DNA of 64,000 bases, taken from Phoronis australis (taxonomy: Eukaryota; Animalia; Phoronida). Below the pieces are notes generated by a model, which was not told where the DNA came from, made no database searches, and was given only the letters and a program-made list of their open reading frames with translations. The translations under genes were made by a program, and so were the position numbers. The stretch spans positions 381,875 through 445,874 of the forward strand of contig NMRA01000372.1 in assembly GCA_002633005.1 (NCBI GenBank), in the 5' to 3' direction. Positions 41,271 through 53,529 of the stretch are shown here, piece by piece (position 1 is the stretch's first letter; each line of letters starts with the position of its first letter).

Positions 41271-41310
41271 GGCACGTGACCTGTTATTTTCCTACAGGTT
41301 TTGTATAAAA
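41271..41310 (+). promoter_or_regulatory. Candidate core promoter of GRDP-B: E-box (cacgtgac) and TATAAAA
   Basis: cacgtgac at ~41273 and tataaaa at ~41304, 40 nt before the predicted ATG. An overlapping acceptor-like ttttcctacag is an alternative reading. Confidence 0.35.
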
Positions 41311-41343
41311 TGACACATTTCTCACAAGTAGTAAGCAACAGCA

Positions 41344-41366
41344 ATGCCTGAACGAAGCAAACCTCA
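41344..41366 (+). CDS. GRDP copy B, predicted start exon (MPERSKP-H)
   Basis: gcaATG CCT GAA CGA AGC AAA CCT CA|gtaagt; the phase-2 donor matches the phase required by the acceptor at 42761. Confidence 0.6.
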
Positions 41367-44300
41367 GTAAGTATGCATGTTTATTAACACGTAGCATTGA
41401 CTTCTAGATAACCGCCATGCAGGTATACCTAGTAGGACTCAGAGCTAGTGGGGGGTCAGCGTCATTTGCCCAACAATTTGCTATACCCACCAAAAAAGCC
41501 TTTGAAAGCTACCGCGAGAGAGTGAAAGTAGATGAATTTGATTTCTAGGCCAAAACAACCGACCTCTAAAACAATACGGTTGAATAACATGAAATTCATG
41601 CTACATGTATCACGTACATGTACATGCAGGGATGCATTTCGCCCTATTTGGGATTAACGTTCTCAGTGAGTTAGTGTAGTTTCCTGGGAAAGGATTCTTC
41701 ACGTTTATTGTCGGGATCCACTGGAAGTATTTTTGCTGCATAATGCGCTATTTCGCCGAGGTCAGAACTCCTCTAGAGAATAAGTTGGCTATCCCCAGTG
41801 TTAACTCAAAGGGATATTATCGTTTTCACGGCTGAAAAACGCATGATGGGATAAACTTGGATGGGATAGAGTTCTTGAGGTTATTATAGTTTAGACCAGA
41901 GCATACATGTATACAACATCAAAATTCGTTGTGCTCTTGTGATTTTACCAACTGCCAGTTTGCCGTTGTCTGTAAGATATTTGCTGAAATCGGATGTTTA
42001 CCTTTTAGTACGCTTACACTCAATACCACAGTTACTTCACTCAGCGGTAGACCGTCCGACTGCTGCCTTGCGTTAGTGGCTTCGAACCTAATTTCTGTAA
42101 AAATGCTTGTCTTGCCGAGTGTCATGACCTAAATCAGCCGGTCTATCTGGCAATAGATTCATTAATTGCTGTTCTCGTTGCAATAAGCAGGTCGTAACTT
42201 CTCAGTATTGTCGAATCTGGGTCGATCAAAACATCATTATGGATGGTTTAAGTTAGTCGTTCGTTTCATGTCAAACTTTTTGGTTGAAAATATTACGACA
42301 TATAAAATAAAATGTTTCCCGCTGGCTTACACATCGCTTACCAATACTACATGTACGTAATCAATGTTACTCAATAGCTGATGTGCACGTATGTCTTGGC
42401 CGTTACCACCGCTGAAACAGCCCCTNGAGAATAGTCGAGCTCAGAGCACGGGCGAATGCTCATGCAAGGCCAAGTACAATTTGTTCAATGCATTATCGTA
42501 ACAAGGAAATACAATTGGGGGGAGGTCAGCCAGAGAAAGGGCGCGGGCAAGATGTGAGGGAGTGGGAGGACGGGTGGATGAGAGATTATACATGCACATG
42601 TACATTTATCAACATACAATATGTTAATAAAAACAAACACTATCCATGGAAATTGCTTTAGGTAGCGTAAAAAATTAAACAGGATTACATTTTACAATAA
42701 GAGCAAAAAATTATTGAATTCATGTCACTAAGTCGTCAGTTGGCATTTCTCGTCTTGCAGCTCTTCTCGTGGTGCCACGCCCTCTGTCACAACACACGTG
42801 GCGGCTGCTGATCGTGTCAACTTAAGTATAAATCTGGTGAAGGCGGCGCAGAATCACCTGAACTTCTTGAGAAAGGTGGACCAGTACAGACTTTTAGTCT
42901 CCAGCAAGAGTCCAGTTGTCCACAACGCCATTCGCCGCTATGAGTTATTTTGGCTCCCTCTTTTGGCCGGTAAACTGATTAACCCTTCTTTTATATAAAA
43001 GCAACATAGAAAAATTGTGAATTGGCGTACACTTTAAGATTTCCTACTTGAAAGTAAATCACTGTATCACTAATCGGCTATCGAAAATGCAAAATTCTTC
43101 TCACAATTTGTCAAAATGATACATGGTTATTTTCTATTTTACTATGATCAAGTACATAATGGCTTACGTCGGGTGCCGTGAACAACATATCCCAGTTTGT
43201 GCATGTGCTTGGTGACCCCGTCATTAAGGCCAAACGTTTGAATTGAGTCTGAATTCGAAATCTCGAGTTTTTACTCGAGTTCTTAGCGTGAATCTAGGGG
43301 TCATCAAGTGTAAAAAATTAGACCCCGAGCCTAGGTGAGCCCTAGAAACAGCATACTGTAATGGCGTTTTTATTGTACACGTAAGCGTACCGAGCCACGA
43401 TTTTTATAGCTGCCCACTTTGTCTTCTTACAGATTTCGGTAATACGGATTTTGTGCCACCATTGGACGTGGAATGGATGTGGCACGTGCACATGATGTCC
43501 CCGTACAAGTACCGGGAAGACTGCACCAACTTGTTCGGCACAGTTTTGGACCACAAAATACTGACGCCCATACAACGGCAGTCAGGCAGGAAAGCGGCAA
43601 GGCTTATATGGGAAAGACGTAATCCTCATGAACCATTTGAGGTAAGATATGGCGACCGTTCACAGTAGTGGTTCTAGGAACGTGAATTTGGGGGCATCAT
43701 GATTTGTGAAATGTGATTCTGGCACTGAACGTTAATCGAAGCTTCAGTCCGTTGACATGCTTACCGCCGAGTTGTGGACCGACCCTAATACCCTGGGAGT
43801 AACTGAGGAGAAACATGAGAATGGTTCTCTATAGCTTACGTTTTTGACTCGCTTTTCAATAGTGTTCTAATTTTGGGCACTCTCATATTCGTATCTGGAT
43901 GCATAATGTCTTCATCTCTCCCCTGCGTACGGTTTTTTGCGGCGTCTGCAGCTCTAGTCTCTTAGTAAGCAATTGTTGCCATTCAATTCCGAACGAATCC
44001 AATTAGTGCAGTTTTAGTTTTGTGAAAGATTGTACATGTAATAGATTGTCAGGTAACTGTGTTCCTATTAAAGAACGCGCAGTTTTCTTCGAGTTCCGGA
44101 GCCTTTTTGGTAATTACCTTTTTACGTCTGCCTCTTCTACCAAGTCCTTCGCCGGTGGAAGACTCAACACTTTTGACTGATAGTTTTCTCGGCCAATTTT
44201 CGCACGGCTCTGTCGTGTTCTGTTCCCACTAACTGTCAGAAGTGCTTTTTGAAACGCTAAACGTCGTCAACTGAACCGACTTTAGTTGGACTCAAGTCCG

Positions 44301-47300
44301 AAGTTGATGTCACCCGTACTGCATGTGCATTGTTCGGGTTGTCGTGGTCGTCGACTACGGCCTACATGTACATGTATGCAGGTAACATACTGTACTGTAC
44401 ATGTACAGTGTACTGTCTAAGCCTCACTCAACAAAGTTCTAGTTCAGCCTAGGATTGCCCTCGATTACTCACTCGGCAAAGGCAAATAAGTATACAATCA
44501 ACAGATGTAAAATTGCCGCAAAAATAAATTAAAGAATGAAGCGGCCCGCGAACGTCACTTTTGGAGTGACTCGTGCATAATTCAAAATTGGAACGCGGAG
44601 AATTTAATCAACCTACAAAATTTATCCAGGATAACAGAAACTTGTAATGTTGCTGAAGTGGCATTAAAACGACTCCCCTTAGCCCAGTTTTGTGGTGGTA
44701 TTGTAGTGCTGTTTTTGAAGATATAAGCACTGCTCGATGTGTAAAAAAATCGGTTTCTGGTTCGCGGTGAACGGCTCTAGGTAAATGAAGTGTACTTTTG
44801 ATGTTCTTGATGAAATCGTATGAAAAAAACAACCGTGTTTCCGTATGGCCTGTCAGTTACTTGACATGTTTTTTATATCATGCTTAGATTGACCTCAATG
44901 TGATCCCTCAACCATCAAACTACCAGCGTCAGTGTTCCTATAATCTCGAGCTGGCCACTGATCGACAGGGAGCCTTCTACTACAGCGTCTCTTTGCCACA
45001 TTACGAGGACCACAAGTTCCTGTCATCTGCTCTACAGCGCTACAAGCGCTTTCTCTACTTGAAGAAGTGTAACCCCGACTTGTTCATAGTGCCCATGTAC
45101 GACGTTGATCTGATCTGGCACTCCCATCAGCTTCACCCTCTCGCTTACAAAAATGACACCGAGGCCTGCATCGGGCGGATGCTGAACCATGACGACACGG
45201 ACACCGACCGTTCGTTGGACTCCAGATTGTCCCAGTCAGATGCCGAGACTAGAAATAAATGGATCGAATTTTTTGGCGAGCGTTTCGACTGCGCTGGATG
45301 TATGTATCGCGGTGTTGCCCCAAACGGCAAGCTGTGGACTGTTCCTGTAGAGAATCATGTCTTGTACAAAACCAGAAGCGGGAATATGACTTTAACAAAA
45401 ATCGATGTCAATCAAGTGGGGATTGACAATTTGTCACTAAAAGTTCGTACAAAAGGAAAATGCTTGGTGCTGACGTCAAGATCTTCCGAAGAGCACTCGT
45501 GGCAACTGAAGACTGCAGTAAAGGTTAGCATTATTACGTCTTCAGTCTCATCGCTCATCTCAATGAGCTTTCTCCATTAATCCAGAACACATTGACTGAC
45601 TTGCCGAAACATTCGTTTTTGCAAATTTGCAACATTGGCAAGTTATTGAAAGCAGCGCCAGATAAACGAGATAATGTGTCATATGGTTAACCGCTATAAT
45701 AATTAGACATTCCATGACACGGAACCGGAAAAGTTCCAACCAAACACAATCGTACGAACACTGACACTAACAACACAGTGACGAAGTCTGGATTATTGGA
45801 GAAAAACCACAAGTTTGTCTCGATCTTCTCGTTTTGGTTAAATTTCCTTTCCTCTACTGTGTTATTCATTCCAATTCTTGATTACTTTTGTATTGTCTGA
45901 TATGCGTAAGCTTCAATATTTCCTCAAGCTTAAACGGACAAAATGTTGTTCTCGAAATCAGAATTACGTGGACTCGTTTCAGTTGCATCATCCTGGTACC
46001 TAGTCTTGCCTCTCCGTAAATAAAACTAGAGTTCCACTGTCCACGCTATTTTCCTCTCACGGACACACTTTCTCCACCCCCGTGCCTCTTTTCACGAGTC
46101 CCTGACATATTTCTTTGCTTGCTCACGGACTAATTTTGGCTCTTGCACATTATTCTTTGCGTGCGAAAGCTTTTTTTTACCCTCGAACAGCGTTCTCTTC
46201 GCTATATTCTAAGAAAATGAAAAACAAAAACAAAAACGAATATGTACAGTATGTTTTGGATAGAGCGAAATTGCAACTGTGCTCATTTTTCTCACATCCC
46301 GAATGCTTTTGCAATGCCGTGATCTCGTAAACTAATTGATAAAGAAAGTATCAATAAAATTGTCAATGACATTTTAGAGAACATGTTGTGAAAAGGAACT
46401 TTCTATACTACTTTTGCGACGTTCGAAACGGCTATAACGGAAAATAATTAGAAAGTAAAAAGAAGCTCAAGTTAGTCGGTGAGTGGGGAACTAGTTCCTC
46501 ATCGACAAGGATTAATGCTCGGGAATGGGGTCGGTGCGCGAACAAAAAATGGGTCCGTGACATGATAAAATTCTGCGGAAGAGGGAATATGAGTCCGAGA
46601 GAGAAGAATAGTGTCCGTGAGAGAACTGATTTTTGTGTGCGACCATAAGGACCGAGCTGCGCACGGGCACGGAAAGGCCAAGTGTCCTTATTGTCCTGTT
46701 GCCTTAATTCCGTTTGAAATATTTGCTCATTTTAATGTAAGTTCACGCAATTCGATTGCTTCCCTAGCAGAAGTAGAATCTACTGTTGACATGGCCCCTA
46801 CATGGGCGGTGCAGCACTAAAAAAAGTGGGAGACTATAGTCCCCCCAGCCTCCAATGGTGCGCCGCCCGTACCCCATTTTCTGTATTGGTGATGAATTGA
46901 TGGTCACAAAATTAAGGATGATTTTCTAAAATTCAGTGGCACTTTTTTCAGATTTAAGTTGACACACAGCCTCCAGTTTCATGAATCAAGGAAACTTAAT
47001 TTCTTTCTTCTTTTACAAAAACGCTTTTCATAATATAATCACGCTCGAACTAAATTTTAGAGATTTTATTCCAAGGGACATCCCTCTGGCATCTCTCGAT
47101 CTACTGATCCAATGAATTTGAAAATTGCAAATGCTCAAACCATTGCCCCGTTTCGTTGGTTTTTCCAAGTGAGGCTATATTCCTTTAAATGACAAAAGTA
47201 GATTCGATTCTAAAACAAAATACGTTATGTAAACATGAGAGCTCTGTTGTGCGGAAATCGGCCTACTTGGAAATCCACCGATCAGCCTGGTCGCGAGCAG

Positions 47301-50300
47301 AGGTAGATTATATCTGTCCTAGGTAACATGCAGACATATTAGCCTACTTAAAATCTCACATGCTTGAAAGTTCAAACTTCGAATGGACATGAATTTGAAA
47401 CCAAATGTCACTACCGTGCATAGGTCAACACCGCTCGCACAAGACACGAGCTTGGCTTCTACCTCCGGCGTAAAACTGGTAACTTTTGTTGCTCGTCACG
47501 TGACCCACTAGGCGAGGCAATCTTCCCATTGGCTGATTTCGTCGACCGTATTCCTTATTATGATGACACTATCATTGACGAAACAATTCGCCTGGGCTCG
47601 AGTCCCGACTCTGCAACTTTGAAGATACAGGTAAGCTACCCTAGCGTTCTGATATTTTATTGCTAGTTGGGACAGGATTGTACCGTGTGTACATTGTGAA
47701 TTTAATTTTTGGTTGAAAAACGAGTATTCTTATTCACACCTAGGGAGAGTATAAGCGTTACTCCTATGGAACAATTGTGTATTTCGATGTCCCACACAGC
47801 AGATATTATTTAAGTTGTGTTCAAATGATATATTCAAGAAAATATTCGACGATCAAACTCAATTTGGTTTATTTGCATTGAATTACCGTGTTTTCATTGT
47901 TTCCTGAATTGAAATCGCTACTAAAATTCGTTTGAACGTTCCCTAACGGCCATACTGCTTTGGTGACTGAAGTTATTCCTCCAGTCGACATATCGCAAGC
48001 CCCCCCCCCCACTTATGAAAAGTAACGTGACACCCGACAAACAAACAATAGGTTTTGCCCGACAACGTGTTGTTTGTGGGTAAAACTTGGGCGGCTTAAA
48101 ACGAAGTTGTGTCAAGAATGTTGCGTTCTGACTGGTCAGTTAAGCTGCCACTGAAAATCCTGGTCATAGGTCAATTCATGCACCTAGATTGAAGCGACAA
48201 CGACCTTCAGTTCTATAAGAATGTTTTGCATGATATCATTTTGACGTCATTATGACGTTTTGGACCCAGTCTAACGGCATGTCTATTTTTATTTCCGGGT
48301 CCAAATTCCGTCATTTACTGCCATGACACGTCGTCACTAAACATCCGAATTCTTCTCAAACCTAAAAGTCATTTCTAACCTGATTGAAGGATGGGATTCA
48401 TTATGAAACATTAAATGGCCTAAGTTGATAGTGATTTTTATATAATACACCAGTGTAGTGCCCCTTTAAAGATCAGGCGAGATACTTCAACTGGCCACAT
48501 CATAAAGTCATACATCATAACTCATATGCTTTAAAATATGTGGCAGTGGTCAATCACGTTTAAATGAAGCGAAAATTATAATGACTGCAATGTAAAAATG
48601 TTCGCTCTCGATCACTATCGGTATGTGTTCAAACAAGAACAGTTCCAATATTAAGAAGATGTTGTTCGTTTCTAGGCAAACCTTCATGGATTTCGACCCG
48701 GTCCCGGTGTTTTCAGTGTAGAAATGGGAGACTTCGAGAACGTTGCCGCGTCTGAAATGGTTGAACGGCTGTGGGGTCCAGTCACCGTGCCCGGTCTTCT
48801 TCCTGAGTCAGAAAATACGTGTATAGCGGCAGTGCATAAGTAAGTTTATTCCAACACATTTGAATGAGTACGTTTATCTACTTGATAAGTTTAGTTGGGA
48901 CAAGTAACCTTAGTGAGACGCTATCGATTTTTCGCAGGAAAAACAATTGTTAGAGTATTGGTGAAAGGGGTAAAATTTTGAAGATGACAGCTTTGACCAG
49001 AGGAGTATAAAACTATGACCGTTGTGTTTTTGTGATTTTATTACTGATCGCCAATTCTTGCCGTTGCTTGCCAAACTTGCGTTGAAATCAGGGCCGGTGG
49101 CTTAACTCTAAATTCGCTTGAATGACTTTGCCATTCTCTGAGGAAATTTACCTCTGGCTGCAGAACTACATTTCTTACAGAGGGGTGGACCGCGAAAGCT
49201 CGTCACAAACATTTTAAACAATTCCTGGCTAAACTACCATCTCGCAACGTATAAATCATGTCAAGTAATTAACTTTCCATTGTGAGGGAATTTCCAGAAA
49301 AATCACAAAACTCGCGAATTTTGAAGTAATACGTGCTAGGGGAAACTTTGTAGTTACCACAGTGTTTCTAATCTGCCTCCCACTTATGATAAATGCGCGA
49401 TCATAACAATCTCCGCAACTGGGTCTACAATGCTGACTGACACGACTTTTCATAGCTTACTTATGGTTATGATTCGGCGGTGTTTACTCACCTTGGTGGT
49501 ACAGACCGTTCTTACTTCATAGAGGGTGTTACAATTGTAGATAGGAAAGAAAACTGCCTCCCGTTCAGCAACGCTAGGGCCTCGCTAAAAAGCAAGACTT
49601 CGCGAGATTACGTGAGATATTGCTGTGCATTTTAAGTGAGAACACGTGACTTTGACTAGTTCAGTAGACGGGTTAGGGAGGTAATGTATGCACAAATGCA
49701 AAATCTAAATCTAAATAGACAAGGCTGTTTGAAAGTTCCGGCCGGCCAAAGCATAGGATAGAGCGCTCAAGAGTGCCCCGCGCAGACTGTGTTGATGGTG
49801 ACATGACGCGTCACATGATACGTCACATGACACCCCAGTAGCCTGTCGAAGTCCTCGGGATGAGGACGAAACGTAGTCAACTCAAGTCTTAAAGGAGCAT
49901 GCCACCCAAAAAAACAACCTAATTTGTATCAGTTTAGATCGAGTAGTTCTACTCCATAAGGGCACGTACGGTTGCGTTACCTGACACCTGACGGCAGACA
50001 GAGGTGTTGAAATTATCCAATGACGCAATTGGTTTCACACGTAGTCTGTTCAGCAGTTCACAACACGGGTTACTGGTGTCAGCTTATTGCTTGAATTCAT
50101 CGTTTAATACCAATAAATCATCAAACTTCTCATGTAAAACCCTTATAAAAACGTGTTGTTTTATTTCGCTGTTACGGATTTATTGGCATTTGGACACAGT
50201 AGCCTACAAAGTTCGGCAGGCCAATAAGGTCCGTAGCAGGAGTTTGGGGCCTGTTCGGAGATAAATTCGAAGTATTTTTCAGTGAGATACAGACAGGAGA

Positions 50301-53300
50301 ACCTAGATGTGTGCTGTTTAGACTTGTGATTTTTGAGTTCTAAACACACAAAACGCTTGTTATCCTGGCCAGTGGCTCGGAACAAGTGATCAGACATCAC
50401 GAACATAAACCAGCCAAAGCTGGAAACTAAATTTCCAGTGAAGAAAATACTATACTAGTAGTGAGCCAAAGAAGTAAATTGCTCGCCGTGATTATGTTGG
50501 TGAATTAGCCACGAAACTGCAAATCTACTCAGCTTACTTGTCGTGGGTCGCGAATTCAGGTTCCGCTTTGGCCACAGAACCGTCAGGGCAGAATGTGTAC
50601 AATCATTATTTTAATAATGTAAATGTAAATAAAGATTCCCCTAACACCTGGCCGTTGGATAGAATTCGAGTTGTTTCAAAACAGTTTCTGTCAGCAAGCA
50701 TGACCTCCCACACCGCCTCGGTGTCCCGTCAATTAGTTTTATTGCAACTAAAGCCGGTAACGCAGTGATTTATTCATTGCTGGCTTCTCAAATCATTTGC
50801 ACTCACGAACACTCCAAAGGCATTACAAATTGCATCTAATGAGACAGACTTTGTTCCAGTTTTATATAAGTATTGTTAAGGGTGGGAATAATTCATTTTG
50901 AAACAGAACGCTCAGTAATAAACGTCAACATGGACTCGCAATCCCGACTTAGACGAGAGCTCATCTCGACGAAGACTTCGCAGGTGAATCGTTAAGATTC
51001 ACAGGCTATCAGTTCGAACAGGAATACAGAGATGAAGAAATACTAGAGAGGAGCCGTAAACAAGCTCAGACAACGGAACGTATGGATAGTTATTTGGTAA
51101 GCTGGCGCTGTCCCGCGACGATTGCAGGCGCACAAGGAGATGTTTCACGGCCTCATACTTGCTATGTACAGCGTACTTTTCATTCGTCACTACCGCGAGC
51201 CACTTTCTAAGCATTTCGGACTTTCGAGGAAGTCGAAAAAACGATATACCCGCTTTCCTCGCAGCTGCATAGTTCGGACAAGCTGGAACGATACACCGCA
51301 ACATAACAGCATTAACTCTGCAAATGAACCTCTGACGTCGCTGCTTCGTTTCTCACCTTCCTCACAGGTTAACGCGACACCTCTCGGCAAGGTAAGGTCG
51401 ACCGTATGCGAGGCGATGCGGATATTGACCGATTAAGACGGCAAAAAAGACAAATTAAATCGGGTGGCATTCTCCTTCAAGCCCAGTATTTGGTTTGTTT
51501 TTCACTATATAATCTACTCAAGTGGATGACAGACTGCAAAGTTCATACATGTAGCATTGTCCTTACAGGTTGCTAACAAGGTCTGGCGATTTGGCCTTCT
51601 CTGTTCGCGTGATTCACTCCGTGTCCTTGAGGATGTCCGCTGTCCAGATATTCTGTAGGGATAAGATGGTCGCGGTCAGCCACACCATAGGAACAGACCA
51701 ACTACCCGACCCCTCGCAGGTGAGCGGAGTTGAGGTCACGTACATTAAAATTTCATAAAGAGTACCTTTCACAAGATTGTTTAAAATGCTTGTAAAGACC
51801 TTAAACAGGCGAGAATTCATTTGAAATTTAGAGCATGCATTGTAAATTTTGATTGTTAGTTTTTCCAGTTCAGTTCTTCACTGGCTAGGCTAGCCAAAAT
51901 GTTCGTCTCTTTCGTCATGCTAGTTTAGTGCTGTATGGCCGGATCAGGAAGGGTTGACTGAGTTGGCCAATTTTCTTGTTTGACCAATGCAAAGGTATCG
52001 TTTGAGAAAACCTGATCAGGTCATGCTGTAAAAATCTCTTTTAAACGAGATGAGGAACGATTTGGAGAAATTCTTTGAACTTCTTCATGGTCACGTGCTT
52101 AGCAGGACTACTTCTATCCACATTTCAGTTGTTATTTTGCCCATCAGAGATTCACACCCCCGAACTGCCAGGTGGAATCTTGGAGAATTTTTAGGGCCTT
52201 GGCTCCCCTCTAAATCCGCCACTGACTAGGGAGCTTGTCATCAACAGAGTGACTCTGTTCACAAGTTAACATACATGTAGTGCTGTAATATTGGAATGGA
52301 AGGTTTGGATGCATCCAGGCGCTATTTTTTCATTTGCTTTTGGGGACATGAAAGCCAGTGGAAACTATGACATCTGAATAGATTGTTAGAAAATTAGACT
52401 ATATGTGGGTTATCAAATTTTCAAAATTGGTCAGGTAATAGCGACTTTGTCAACAGAAACCCAAGCCTTGAGATATTCATTGGAGGTTAGTTTCCAGCAT
52501 GGCTTATTAGCGATTGTTTGGTTCCAATTTCAGGTAAGCTCCATAAACTACTGAGACAAGTAAAAATGTTTTGGCATGGATCCAAAACCAATAGTCATGT
52601 GGTGTAAGCCACAGAAATCTAAGAATATATCTTTGATCATGCGGGGCTAAGGTTGAGTTGAGCATGCTTGGGTATAACAATTGTTGGCATGGGTATGTTC
52701 GGGTGTTATTTCTTGTTACATGTATCGTACACAGGGCTTAGTGGGGGGTTGTTTAGTAAAAACGAGGTAACTCGAGAAACTCGCAGCTAAATTCGTCAAT
52801 TTCATGTTAAGCTCACAGATTACTCATTCCCAGTTGTTCTTGGTGGCATGCACGTTCTTGGTGTCACGCACGATATAGTCACTGTTCCGTAGTCTCAATT
52901 AGTCGTAAAATTCACAAAATTTTCTAATATTACTGGACCTCACTAAAAGTAGTGTACTGTCGCTTCAGTGCCACCTGGATTTAAGAAACCTTCATGTTTC
53001 TTGTCCACTTCTCAAGTCCAAAAAGTTTATTACAGTTATCATCAAATATGTCTTCGGGACAAATTTTATCTAATTTTCAGAAATTGTGCATGTATATGCA
53101 TTGCCTGTGACTTGAGTTACGGCTCATTTGGCAAAGATCCAGTTGAGTTAGTGTATGTCAGTTAAACAATGGCAAAATGTCACTTTTTAAAGTCTGTGAC
53201 ATTTTGTCACTAAAAACTACTGTCCTGTTAATGTCGTGTTTTCAGCTTGGCAACAAGAAAGTCCGAGATTTGTATGCACTCGCCTCTGGAAAGGGCGAGA

Positions 53301-53468
53301 GAGCCATGGTCATCAAAAACACAACAGGAGACTGGGCTGTGATGAAAGGGTATTGGGACGGTTTCAAGAAGGGACATGCCGCTGTAAAAGGTATTTTGAC
53401 TCAGGCTTACGGGTGGGTGTAGCCAAATAAGTCCCACTGTTTAACACAGAGTGAAATTGATTTATCGT

Positions 53469-53529
<61 letters not shown>

